A stretch of 62,919 bases of DNA, the filler included, from Vannella sp. (Eukaryota), in the NCBI GenBank assembly GCA_023345925.1. It is 8 parts of 8 records of this genome, joined end to end, with 100 filler letters (N's around TTAATTAATTAA, not from the genome) between each part and the next. Parts side by side here need not be neighbours in the genome. Positions count along the whole stretch, not along the records: positions 31,688 to 37,543 come from JAJQQN010000609.1; positions 37,644 to 45,566 come from JAJQQN010000070.1; 6 more parts are not named here. One strand, 5' to 3'. This document shows positions 33,642 to 45,666 of the stretch, in pieces. Numbering within the stretch: the first letter of the stretch is position 1; every line of letters begins with the position of its first letter. Under the pieces are notes generated by a model. The model saw nothing but the letters and a program-made list of their open reading frames with translations, searched no databases and was not told where the DNA came from. A program made the translations under genes and the position numbers.

Positions 33642-34199
33642 TTATTGAACGCAACAACAACCGCTCTTCGTGGGTACAGCCTCTTTGGTGGCACTGGGGG
33701 CGCTGGGAGCCTCGGGAGGGCCTGCAAGATCAGCTGCAGCAAGCATACCGATGTTCTGGAGGACGCTCTTGACGTTCTTGCCGGTTTTGGCGCTTGTCTC
33801 GAAGACGGGGATGCGCGCTGCGTAAACTTCCTTGCAGCCTAAGAAGGTGACCTCGCGGTCCTCTTGTCCGTCTTCCACCTTGTTCGCGCACATCGCTGCT
33901 GCGAGGTTAGGCGAGCACTCCTCCATCTTGGCGACGAAAGGCGCGAGAGCTTCGAAGTTGGCTTGCGAAGTAACGTCAAAGACGAAGACGATACCCACCA
34001 CACCCTCCGTCCCGATATCCTCCAGCGTAGCACGGTGCATCAGCTGCACAGGGACCTTGCCACCTCCCGCAGCAACCTGTGTAATAGCAAAGTCCTCTTC
34101 CATGTCCTCCTCATCGAAGCAGTCCTTGTCGAATCGCTTCACCAAAGCAGTCTTCCCCGCTCCAGAAGCACCCAAAAACAGGATCCGTGGCTGTGCCAT
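33642..34199 (-). CDS. Divergent Ras-superfamily small GTPase (Rab-like) with C-terminal Cys prenylation motif
   Basis: G1 GASGAGKT, G4 NKVE, G5 ETSAK, C-terminus GCCCVQ; G3 DTAG absent. Confidence 0.82.
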   Translation of the reverse strand: MAQPRILFLGASGAGKTALVKRFDKDCFDEEDMEEDFAITQVAAGGGKVPVQLMHRATLEDIGTEGVVGIVFVFDVTSQANFEALAPFVAKMEECSPNLAAAMCANKVEDGQEDREVTFLGCKEVYAARIPVFETSAKTGKNVKSVLQNIGMLAAADLAGPPEAPSAPSATKEAVPTKSGCCCVQ

Positions 34200-34361
34200 G
34201 AGCGCGCAGGTGGCTCACAAAGAGACTGGTCGTTGGACGGCAACAAATCCTCTGATTGGTCCCCAAAGAAGTACGTCATATCGCTTAGATAGTGTCTAAA
34301 TAATATTGGGATGAATATTTAATTTAATTGGGAGTAATTGGAGGGATGGGGGCATTTTTGG

Positions 34362-37300
34362 ATGTCATCGGGAAGGCAGTGGTGTGGGGAGGTCATTTTG
34401 AGGAGTGAGAAGCTTCGCCTTCATCGCCAAGCGTATGATGGGCAGTTGTGGAAATGGAGGAAGAGGTACTGCTTCTTGTTAGCGGATGGGAGCCTTCTCT
34501 ACTTTGAGGAGAAGCCTTTTCCTTCTTCTGGTCCCACTGCCAGCTTGACTGGAGCTCCCTTCCCTGACTTAGGGACTTCTAAGCTTCATGGTGTGATTCC
34601 TACTTCGGATTATCAGGTAAGGAAGCCTTAGAAAGAGTTCCAGAGTCCACTTCGCGTGTTCACATCCTTTTGAAGGTTTCTGTGACAAACGACGTGTTTA
34701 CATTGAAGGACACGGTCACTTTCGAGACCTTTGAGTTTCAGTGTCCTTCAAAAGAGTCTGCTGAGGCTTGGGCACGTCACTTGCTCCTTGTAGCGTCAGG
34801 AGATAAGAGCGAGAAAAGCGCACACGTTCGCAAGAATTCCTCCGACCTGCTTGCGTCTGGGTTCTGCTCTGTATGACACCGTTCTCACCTGGACTTTACC
34901 TTTTACTCATAACTGCATGCTAGTGGTGCCTTGAGGACGTGTACCACGGTCGTATCAGTCTACTAGTTGGGAGGGACGTGTACAGTTGCACCAGCTGCTG
35001 CAAGCGGTAAGCAAACGACATAGTGGTAGAAGATACTAATGAAAGACGCTACAGTACTGTACCATGCCGCACCCTTAACTGCAAAGACTTTGTAAGTCGT
35101 CCTGGAGGTGCCCTCGTGTGTCTTACACCCAGTAGGCCAGAGGACACCGCCTTTTCGACGATAGCTCATGTGCAGTTCATTCTGGAGTTATTCCTTCGGT
35201 GAGGAGGCTTCCTAACGAACGAGGAATGCTGAAAAGGGAGTTCATAGTGGGATGTCGATGCTGGAGCGTTGCGAAAGAGCTCCGTTCTGGACCAAAAGGG
35301 CTGGTGCACGGTACGGTCACGTTATGGGAAAGAAAGGTTGCTGATTCCTTTGCTAGTGGTGCACAGAAGTGACGAACCATCGCTTCCTCGCCAAGAACTT
35401 CTTGAAAAGAGATTTCCTTCGGTGCAAAGGGTGTGGCCACCGTACTGTGCGATGCAGGTGCGGTTAACAAGATCAATTACCCACACATAGGCTTATAGAA
35501 GCAGGGGATGTGAGACAGGAATGGCAAAGGCCTCTTTTGTCTATTCAGAAAGACTTTGTGGTCAATGCGACCCCTCCACTCTTGAACCTCTCGAGGAGGG
35601 CCAGGAGAACCCATTCGGAAGCTCATTCCCTGAGCACGAGAACAGCCGGATGGAGTTCCTTGTGGATGGAAAAGAAACTTTTGCTGAAATGGCAGAGGCG
35701 ATTGAAGGGGCCAAGATCGATGTAAGATCATTCTTTTGGAGAGCATTGCGATGTAATGATTGTGTCGAAGATTTACATGTCCTTTTGGTTAATGTGCTGC
35801 GTTATCCGCGTCAGAAGAACGCACCCAGTGACGGACGATGACAGATTGGACCAAATCCTTCTTCGCAAGGCTCAAGAAGGAGTCAATATCAACATTCTTC
35901 TTTGGAATGAACCCACTCTGATGGTGAACAACTTTAGCAAAGAGAACAAGGCCTATTTGGAGGCGCTTTCTCCCAGAATCAAAGTCATTCGCCATCCGAA
36001 GAATCTCTCAATCCCCACCATCTTCTCTCATCATCAGAAGTTCGTTGTGGTAGACCAGCAGATCGCTTTTGTTGGAGGAATTGACTTGTCGTGGGGAAGA
36101 TATGACTGGCATGAACACATTCTCGTTGACACTGAAGCGGAACACTGGTGGGGAGTGGACTACTATCAGCCCCATTTGACACCTCCTGGAGAGTTCTATG
36201 ACATCAACAACCCTGACAAAGACTACTTTGACCGAAATGTAATCCCTCGCATGCCCTGGCATGATGTTGACGTTAAGCTTTACGGTAACGCTGCTCGTGA
36301 TGTAGCAGATAACTTCATTCAGCGTTGGAATCATCACAAGGATAGCAAGGAACCCTCTCTTGTCCTGAGGAAGCAGCTATTGACTGATGAGGCTGATACT
36401 GGAACTTGTGTCTGCCAAGTTGTCAGGAGCATTGGCCCCTGGTCTGGTTCTCCACAAGAGCGGAAGGAAGACTCTATTTACAGTAGGGATGGCCGCCTAA
36501 CAATGCTTTCTTTTCTAATTGAAGTACAGGGGCTTACATTCAAGCGATTGAAACGAGCAACTATCTCATCTACATCGAGAATCAGTTCTTTGTGTCCAGC
36601 TATGGAGGTGCTGGAGTTACCAATCAGATTGCCTACGCTATTCACATGCGAATAAGGAGGGCTATTCAAGCAAAGGAACCTTTCCGCTGCATTATTGTCT
36701 TCCCACAGCCCGAGGAAGTTGGACGATGGGCGGTTCCAACCCTCCAAAGGGAGCTTAGAACGGCATCTTCTCTGCTCGAGCGGATCAGTCTGGAGTTCCC
36801 TGACGTTGTTGTTAGTGACTACGTGGAGTTCTTCCAGTTGCGTTCCCATGGCTACTTGCACGGCGAGCCCGTCACCGACCAAATCTTTGTGCATTCAAAG
36901 ATGATGATTGTCGATGATAGAATCGCGATAGTGGGTTCAAACAATGTACGAGGAGGCCCAACTCAGAGCTACACTGTACTCATCAATGGGACCTAGATTA
37001 ACGACCGAAGCCTGCTTGGAGATAGGGACTCGGAGTTGGCGGTTGTTGTAGTGGACACAGATGAGATTGTCATCACTATGAATGGAGACCAAGCTTATTC
37101 TGTAAGACCTTTGGATAAGAGGGTTTGGACTGACCAGGTTTGGGAAGGTGGGAAATTCGGTTCACAACTTGCGCGTTCGCTTGTGGAATGAGCATTTGGG
37201 TTATGAGCTTGGAGATGAACGCTTCTCTGATCCATTTGTGGGTGCAGAGGAGTGGCACAGAGTCGCTGCCAAGGTGAGAAAGAGACCTTTTGAGAAGAGG

Positions 37301-37543
37301 AGGAGAGGCTGATGGCGGGACAGAATACTCTTTTGTTTGAAAAGACCTTTGGCTCCATCCCATCCAACCGATTAAGGATTTGGAGTGATTTTATGGACGC
37401 AAGAGCTGCCAATACGATCCACCCAGACCATCGCCAGCTCTTGGGAGAGGTTCAGGGGTTTGTCATGAAACATCCGCTTCACTTTCTCGCTGATGAACCG
37501 CCCACTGCTAGAGAGGGCATCATGTCCGTGGATCTCTTCCAGT
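34362..37543 (+). CDS. PLD: Phospholipase D (PH-containing PLD1/2 type), many introns; ends at the contig edge
   Basis: HHQKFVVVD and HSKMMIVD HKD motifs, RMPWHD, IYIENQFF, INDRSLLGDRDSE; N-terminal PH motif WRKRYCFL. Confidence 0.93.
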
Positions 37544-37643
37544 NNNNNNNNNNNNNNNNNNNNNNNNNNNNNNNNNNNNNNNNNNNNTTAATTAATTAAN
37601 NNNNNNNNNNNNNNNNNNNNNNNNNNNNNNNNNNNNNNNNNNN
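37544..37643. other. Artificial contig-join spacer
   Basis: N44-TTAATTAATTAA-N44. Confidence 0.99.
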
Positions 37644-37685
37644 GTAAGCGGTGCAAGCAACGTCCTTTCGAAAGAGACCAACCAG

Positions 37686-38114
37686 CTTGATCTCCGCCAT
37701 GCGCAAATGCTTCCAACAGCTCCTCATTCCCAATCCTTATCATCTTAAGCGAAATAAATTTCCTCAAGAACCTGTTTGGATGACCCGTGGCTGGGCCCAT
37801 CTCCAGGATGGTATGTTTCCTGGTTTTGTTGACCCTTTAAGAGGCGCCCTCCTTGGCTGGAAGCGATGATCTCACATCAACAATCATTCTGATGTTCCTT
37901 CAATCACTCTCAATCATGCTCCTCTTTGAACCCCTCTCCATACAAAGACTTTTGTGAGCGAAAGTTCCTATGGAAAGGCTTCTATCTGCGTCAGAAAGCA
38001 ACGTTTCGGAATGCCGGGCAATCTCCCTCAATCAGGTCCTATGAAGCGGTTCGCTCGTGGATTTTCTCTCATCCAAGGTCTCTTCAAGTGGGATGCCTGA
38101 TATGTATTGCTTAA
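37686..38114 (+). CDS. Possible 3' exons of an unknown gene truncated by the contig start
   Basis: GTAAG..CAG and GTATGT..AAAG junctions join two open frames (LISAMRK..HLQD|DFCERK..CIA*). Confidence 0.35.
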
Positions 38115-38235
38115 CATCTTTACTCACTGGATTAATAGATTAATAGCGAAATAAATCAGGACAAACAGGTCCAATCAGAAAAGGGCAGATTGGGAAAACA
38201 AAATATCAAGATACTTCTTGCCAGCCTGGGACAGC

Positions 38236-39432
38236 ATGTTTCGTCTGTTGTTGGTGGTCTTCTTTGCAATCTTGGTGAAGTCTTCGGTTGTTAACTTGAG
38301 AAACATTGATGCCTTCACTGCTCCTTCGTTTGCGATGGCAGAAGCTCCTACTCAGTTCTCAGACTCTTACTTCCGCGATGCCGAGATCCTTGGAGGAGAA
38401 CGAGACGTTGCTGTCTTCTTGGACTCTGGAAGCGAGTCTCATTCTGTCACCTGCCGTGTTGGATATGAAAGTGTCTCGATCATGGTAATCGGTCATGGTG
38501 AGGGAGGTGCCACACTTCAGTACGACGGGATGGATGGATCAATGAAACTCAACCCCAATGCAATGAAACCTACTGACTTGTACTCTGGAGGAGCGCGTGG
38601 GATCCGATTGATGATGACCATGCAAGACACTTGCGAGCTCCTAATGTTCATCTCCACTACATCTGGAAGATGCTCCTTGAACGTGACTCTTCTTCCTCAG
38701 GTCCACGAGTATCTCTTAGACTACCGCTACTTCCAAACTACCAGTGGTCGACTGTGTAACTTCACGTCAGTCACGACTTTGGAGTTGAACATTCTCGTCA
38801 ATGCTCCCAACTTGATCGGTATCTCTGCTTTCACCATCTACAAGGATGACACGGTACCTTTCCGTCTTGACACCTTTGCAGAGATGAGTGTGGTGCACTT
38901 TACGTTGGGTGGCTCTCATGTGTACCCGGACACCTTCCCTTCGTGTACTTTGTGCTGCAGTCCGACTGCCGTGGGCGGGCAGCGAGATTTCTACGTGACT
39001 GTCTCAAAGGCCATTGATCAAACCCCGGCCTTGTATTCCAACATGTCGAACGGGGAGTGGAACATGTCCGTGACGGGTGCTTTCCTTGGAACAGCCACTA
39101 TTCAGTACGATGGGTTCGATGTTTCGGAGGTGCTCGTTGCCACAGGCTTGGAGAAGCTGGATTTCTCTGCAAAAGGCGTTCGGAAGGCTTTCCGACTTGC
39201 CTTCGCTTGTGATGTTCCAACGGAGGGCCAAATCATCATCCATTGGAGCAACGGATTTCCGGTCACCAGCGCAGCTTCATTCACCCACTCTGGAGCAGGG
39301 AACAACGACGTGATCATTCTGTTCTCTGCTTTTGCACCGCCCGCGGACATGACTTCCGTGGGGGCGATGGAAGTGATCTTCTTCATTGAGGGACTGATGA
39401 CCTTGAGACTCTGGGAACTAACCGTTGTCTGA
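38236..39432 (+). CDS. Secreted protein with two tandem copies of a beta-rich 'GG(E/Q)RD...QYDG' domain, intronless
   Basis: Signal peptide MFRLLLVVFFAILVKS; internal repeat GGERD/GGQRD, ATLQYDG/ATIQYDG, FTSVTTLEL/MTSVGAMEV. Confidence 0.8.
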   Translation: MFRLLLVVFFAILVKSSVVNLRNIDAFTAPSFAMAEAPTQFSDSYFRDAEILGGERDVAVFLDSGSESHSVTCRVGYESVSIMVIGHGEGGATLQYDGMDGSMKLNPNAMKPTDLYSGGARGIRLMMTMQDTCELLMFISTTSGRCSLNVTLLPQVHEYLLDYRYFQTTSGRLCNFTSVTTLELNILVNAPNLIGISAFTIYKDDTVPFRLDTFAEMSVVHFTLGGSHVYPDTFPSCTLCCSPTAVGGQRDFYVTVSKAIDQTPALYSNMSNGEWNMSVTGAFLGTATIQYDGFDVSEVLVATGLEKLDFSAKGVRKAFRLAFACDVPTEGQIIIHWSNGFPVTSAASFTHSGAGNNDVIILFSAFAPPADMTSVGAMEVIFFIEGLMTLRLWELTVV

Positions 39433-39454
39433 GAAGCAGTACTGGCATGAGTGT

Positions 39455-40378
39455 TTAATAAATGAACGCGTCATTCATCAAAGGAGAGCCTTGGATGTGC
39501 TTCCAAGAGGGTGGCGCTTGAAGGCTCTTAATCGAGGACGCATCCAAGAACTGGTGGATGAAGAGGCTTGCCATCTCACCACAGTCACTGAGGTTGTTCC
39601 CTTCCGCACAGAAACGCGCGTAAATGACTAAAGGGACACCTTCCTTCTCACACTGGTCGCCGTTAGCAGCCAGCCGACCCATACGAGATCCAAACCTCTT
39701 CTAGGAGCAAATGCGGGAAGGCATTTGGGCGCAAGTGGGCTGATCTGGTCTCCTCTTCGAGGATGCCAAAGGAATCCGCCAGTTGCTCCTTGCGAGGATG
39801 GTTCTTGGAGACGCACACTCGTGTTTGGGCACTTCTTGATCATCAGTATGAAGCATAACCTCTTTGAGAGACTAACCCGTCAATCTGCACATCGATTCGT
39901 CGTGTGGCATCGACGCTGAGAAGGAAGACGATCTCTCGTGCTCTGCAGATCTTAGCCCACGATACCAGGGAGCGAGCAAAGTCTTTGTTGCGATTGGCAA
40001 GCACTGGGCCTCTCTGTTGGACCAACACTGTCTTCTGCGGCTGATCCGGAAGATAGTACGCTTGATCGGAGTGTCAGAGCCCTTCCTTTGTGCTTGTCCA
40101 GCTCACCTTCCACCGTTGTAGTAGCCACTGACGTGTCTTCTTCTAGATACACACCACATCCAGCCATAGGCATGTGGAACTGCCCCCAGCCCATCAACAA
40201 ACGGCTAACTGCAGCAGAAACCACTCACAGGCGACAGGATCGGTCCCATGGAGACATGAGGCAACGAGTTGATGATCAAGTCCAACGCCAATGAACCTGT
40301 CCACCCCACGCCCCCTCCTATGACCAACACAGAGTCCTCCAACAGCGCCAAGTCCCCGCGGAAGGCAACTTCGTCCAT
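39455..40378 (-). CDS. PSMG2: Proteasome assembly chaperone 2; 4 introns
   Basis: Spliced GSLALDLII, VQQRGPV, FLLSVDATRRID.QI, FCAEGNN, PPSWKHIQG. Confidence 0.8.
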
Positions 40379-40417
40379 CAACAAAGGACAAAGAGGAAAT
40401 GACTCATTTAGAGGCTT

Positions 40418-43400
40418 CTAAGTCTTGCCAGTGAACCGGAAGTCCTTGTCATAGCGCTCAAAGAGCTCTTTGAAGATCAGTTTGCCCGTGTTGTCGAGAA
40501 GGACGAAGACATGGCGACGGTCCTTCTCGTGGCAGATGTCAAGGAGCTTAAAGATCCCCGGATGCAACTCTGTTCGCTGTTTAGAAGTAATGGAACAGTG
40601 CTGGAGGATGTCTAGAGGAAGGAGAGTCAGTAACAGGGAAAGTGAATAGGTGACTTACGAATGACATCCACTAAGAGAGTTGGAGTGAAGAACCTTGTAA
40701 AGCCAGATTTTGATCCAATGTCTGCCAGAAGGCGACTGAAAGCGCGTACACAGAGAAGTAGATCTTCTTGGCCTTGAGAATCACCCTCTTGATGGACCCC
40801 CTGGTGGCACATGGACCCCAGTGTCGAGAGTAGGAGACTCACGACGTGAATGAAAGAAGGTAAAGCTCGTGCGCACTCTCCTGAGCGGTGGAGCAGACAG
40901 TCACTGAGGACACGGCAGTGTTTCATGAACATGCTCTTGTCAACATCCAAAGAACGAGAGACGGCGGCGCCAGCCAAAGACACAACGCTCCCAGTGCCCC
41001 TTGTCTGTTGGCCATCTGGTAGCGAACTGGACATTATCTTGACAAAGCGAGGGTAAATAGTGAATACCGCAGCCACCATGTTATCCCCGAATCGATAGCT
41101 CTGCTGGGAAGACACCAAAGTATGAAGGAATTCCATTGCCCAGCGGATGAGACAAGCACCGGCATCAGGGCGGTAGATAACTTGAGTGACAAGCTGAACA
41201 CACTCACTCCCCCCTGAACAAAGCGCTTTACTCCTCTTCCGATCCCCAGAAAGGGACAAAAAGAGTTGATACAAGCAAACCACTGCTGAACTGGCTCTGG
41301 CCAATTCAGGGCTTCGGAGAAGCCCCTGAAGATGCTCTACGATAAGACTTAATTGAGAGATGGGACAGGATTTGACTACAACCCTGAAAAGACTAAGGAG
41401 CCCAATCACTTGGTCAATACAAGCAGGTCTCTCAGTGTTCGTCGTCGCTGTGGCAAGGTCAAATGGATCTTCAAAAAAGTCCCTGGCTACGAAATGACTT
41501 GCGAAGGCCTCGTAGTTCTCTTGAAGGAACTGATGAATCAAGCTCAATATCTGAACGCTCTCGTCGTTTGCAAGAGTTATCAAAGGTAGATCGAAGCCCC
41601 CAGCGAATGCAGTGAGGTAGTTCAGAGCGCGGCAAATTAGAGCGGAATGGGAGGGCTGCTTCTTGGCCATTTCCCACAAGGAGGAGAAAGAGCTCTTGGG
41701 ACTTTGTTTTTGTTTCCCCAAGAAAGTCTCTTCTTTCTTTCCAGAACCTAAAGACGCACATAAAACCTCTTTGGCAACAAAGAACAAGTCAGATTGCTCC
41801 AAATAGAGAGTTTGGAGTGACTCGGACCCACTAGAAGGCGCAAGGAGGAATTTTGATCGCCAAAAGCGTTCAAACTTGAGGAGAACTGCGAAAGCATCGA
41901 AAGTGTTACCCAGGAAGTGTTGGGCAGCTTCGTGAGATTCCAAGCTTTCTGAGGAGACTCGCTTAGTAATAGCTACAAGCTCCGTGTGAATAGCTAGTTG
42001 CAGTGTCTTCCATTCAAGAGGAATAGAGAATCGGGTGGTGAATGTCTTCAGCTTCTTCTCGATAACAATAACTTCCTCGCCCTCTTCCTCTTCCTCTTCT
42101 TCGTCTTCCATTTCTTCGTCTTCATCTGAACTGTTTTCTTCGGCTTCCTTCTTCTCAACAGGAGCATAAGAGTCAATAATATCCAGTGTCTGTTTTTGTG
42201 ACTTTTTGACTCGCTTCGCTGCTATTGCACGCTCAAGCTCCTTCTCACAGGAAGACTCTTGTGCTGACACCACTTCAAGCATTGCTCGCATCCATTCACC
42301 AAGGTACTGGAGCAGAACCTCATTGACATCAGAAGGTGTTACTAAGGCCTTAACGCGAGTGAATGATTTGGAGGTTGTCAAAGCTTTGGCCTCTTCAATT
42401 GAGAGGATACCCTCTTGCGAACTCAATTCTGCAGAAGCCATTGCAGAGAAGAGGACCTTAGCAAAGTGAGAAAGCTGGTACCTATGAGTACCCTCCGCTC
42501 GACTTAAAAGAGCGCACGTGTTGCTTAATATGTCGCTGAAGAACACCCGATAAAGAGGAAGTAGATCCTTTGTCTTGATTGCTGCAATCAGAACCCGCCT
42601 GCACTCGCAAACCAACTGGAAGTGGAGAAAGGATATTGGTCCCTTTTGGCTCGCCAAGATTGTGTCAAGGGCCACAGTAAAGGGCACGATTTGTGTCCAA
42701 TGTGAGGAAGTGAAGTAAAACTCTGGCAGAGCATTAATCAAGGTGAGCCAGTTCAAGAGAGATTGGAGACTTTTCTGAATGTCTTTGATAACACCGGTAT
42801 GGACAACAGATCCTACAATCTTCTGCGCTGAAGCCATATCATCGGCTTTCTCGAGCTGTTTGAAGGATGCCAGAGTAGCTCCGGTGACCAAAGATTTCAT
42901 TTCAGCATAGAGGAGCTCTTTGAGAGTGACTGCAACTCCTTCTCGAAGAGCCGCCAGTTCGTAAAACTGGTCATTGTTGAGCATCTTTTTAACTACGAAT
43001 CCTGCGGTAATGTCAGCTCCCTGAACGTCAATTGGAGCATTGATAAAAGCTGCTTCCAATGACGAAGAAGAGAACAGAATCAACAGCAATTGATGAATGT
43101 GATCCGAAGACATGTAAAGCGACAAATAGAACAGATTTTGGCTCACTAAATAGAAGAGAGCAACTGATATTGTCTCTTCTGTGACGCGGAAGGAATTCCG
43201 GTTCCAACGTTGAGAGAAGAAAGTATTTGAAAGTGTTGCACCCCAAATCCTAAAGCAATGCTCAAGAAGGGCCTCTGCTAGAGCCTGGGACTCCTTTGCG
43301 ATCTCAGGTACAACAGAGACCGAACAACTATGAAGATCGTAGATTCTTTGAAAGCCGGCGGATGCGATGCTGTAGAATACGGCAGAGTGCTTTGATAGCG

Positions 43401-45516
43401 TCTCCGGGGTGCACCATGTAATGAGTGTCAGCACTTCAAGCATGTTGATCTGAACTTGGCTGTCTGATCCAGTCAGAAGATCAAAATAGCTGGCAGGTTG
43501 AAGGAACCCAGTTTCTAGAATACTGCTGTGATAGGACTTGAACAAGAGTGACTCGCAATGGTTGTGGACGATTGAAAGGCAAGAGTAGAAGCTCAGAGCT
43601 GATACAAGCAAGTGAGCATTCTCCTGGTTTCCTTTAGTCCCGGTTGAGCCCCGTTTCTTGGGAGATTTGGAGGAAGTTTGAGAGTCCAATACTCCACTTA
43701 ACTGCAGAAGTGGTGGCACCAAGGTTTGACACGTGTTGGCAGTGAGAAGCTTGACTGCCTCTGCATTCGTATCTGTGAGTTTGAAGCTATCCAGGAAGAC
43801 AACAAAGAACTGAGATAAAAGCTCAAACAGTGCAGAAGCCTTCTTCTCTCCCTGAAACAGAGATAACTTGGCCACTAATTCACTCCAGACTGCTTCATAC
43901 ACACGAAGAGAAGAGAGTCCGCTGGAAAACTCTGAGAAAGCCACCCAAAACGCTGTGTTCTCTTGTAGACAGAGGAAAGTCCTCTTCTGAGAAGCTGATG
44001 TCACGAAATGGCTCAGCAATATCTTCAAGAACGCCTCTTGCTGATGTAGCTTGGTGTAAAGGCGCATCAATTCGATCAGGAAGTGAGGAACGGCTGAGCA
44101 CCAGAAACGGTGCATCGAAGGCAGTAATTCACTTTCCAATACCTCGAGAATACACGCGTGGTGGATAGTTAGGAGCTTAGCCAGTGCATTCCACTGAGTT
44201 TGAGAGCCGTCTTCGCTCATTGTAGACACGCAAGAATGGACAAATACTTGAAAGAGCTTCTCCATCTCCGGAGTGTTCACGGGCAGGTTAATGTTCAACT
44301 GGATGACCAAGTCAAAGAGAGAGTTCCCAACCTCTAGAAGGCTGGTGGGATGGAGTGTGCTCCCCATCGATTGGCACACAAACCTGAAGAGATGCCGAAA
44401 CATATCTGCCTCGTGGAAGTGAATTTGAGTGGTTGATGTGATGGATTGCTTGCGATACTCTCTAACGAAGCTTTCAAGCAACATAGGAAAGGCCTGGAAG
44501 AGTGCTGGAAGGGTCCTAGTGCATTCCTCCAGACTCGAATACAGCTGATGGTGGTAGCTGAGTAGCTTCTTGTCATCTCCGTAGTGAGAGCAATCAGTAC
44601 TGGCAAAGAGGAAGTCACTGACACAGCTCTCTGCCACGGTAGCAAGCTCTGCATGCAATAAAGCGTTGTTTACGGAAGCTTCCTGGCGGAGTTCGACGGT
44701 GAAGGCCAGAAGGAATGACAGAAGGCGTTCGATCATGACTGAGAAGGTCTTCTTGTGGTTCACTTGCTGTCCAAGGAACACGCGGAACTGCCCGAGCAAG
44801 TAAATCATCAAAAGGAGCTCACTCTCTGATCTCTCCTGGCCAGGGTGAACCCTTTGGAGTGCCAAGAGTAGGAACTTAGAGAACTGCTCCAAAGTAACAG
44901 CAGGACGGAACCAATGGTGCCCGATCAGAAGGGAACAGACCTTCTGGAGAGTGTTGGAGGTCTTTTCAAAGATCCCAGTGGCCATTGCGAAGTGTATGAA
45001 CTCACCAAGTGCCTGTAAGCACTGTGAGGGAAGCTTGGTGTCCTGAGAGACCTGCACTGCGTCACCAAAGGATGCCGTAAAGAGCGGCGCCAAGCTGGCC
45101 TCTTCGATTAGGACGATCAACTCCCAGCCCCGCGGGTAGAGGAAGTGCTTGTCCTTCTTGGAGTTCTTGGTTGAGGCAACATAGTTGTAGGATAGCCATT
45201 GTAGGAGCTGCAAGTGGATGAGCTCTTTGCTGATCGACTTCCAGCTTGCTGCGCTCTCGTAAAGACCCCAAGCTTGCTCTAGGCGGTCTTCAAAAGACCT
45301 TCCACTATCCTTCAGCTGTCGCAAGACCTCTTGCAACGAACCCACCGGCACTGCGGCAACAGCCTCTGCCCGATCCATCACGACATCGCCACTCCCAACT
45401 CCACTCTCCACCTCAGACACCTTCTTCTTCTTCAAAGCAGGTGGTGCCTGAGGGCTAGCCAACTCGGCAACTCGCTTGCGCTTCAGCCCAGGAGACGACC
45501 CCTTCCGCTTGGCCAT
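40418..45516 (-). CDS. URB2: Nucleolar pre-ribosome-associated protein URB2/Npa2; intron ~40615-40657
   Basis: ~1690-aa helical protein whose last exon reads LHPGIFKLLDIC..GKLIFKELFERYDKDFRFTGK, resembling the Urb2 C-terminal domain. Confidence 0.78.
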
Positions 45517-45566
45517 GAAAAAGTGTCCAAAAGGCTTCATTGGGATGAAGGCTCCAGCTTGGGGAC

Positions 45567-45666
45567 NNNNNNNNNNNNNNNNNNNNNNNNNNNNNNNNNN
45601 NNNNNNNNNNTTAATTAATTAANNNNNNNNNNNNNNNNNNNNNNNNNNNNNNNNNNNNNNNNNNNN
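45567..45666. other. Artificial contig-join spacer
   Basis: N44-TTAATTAATTAA-N44. Confidence 0.99.
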
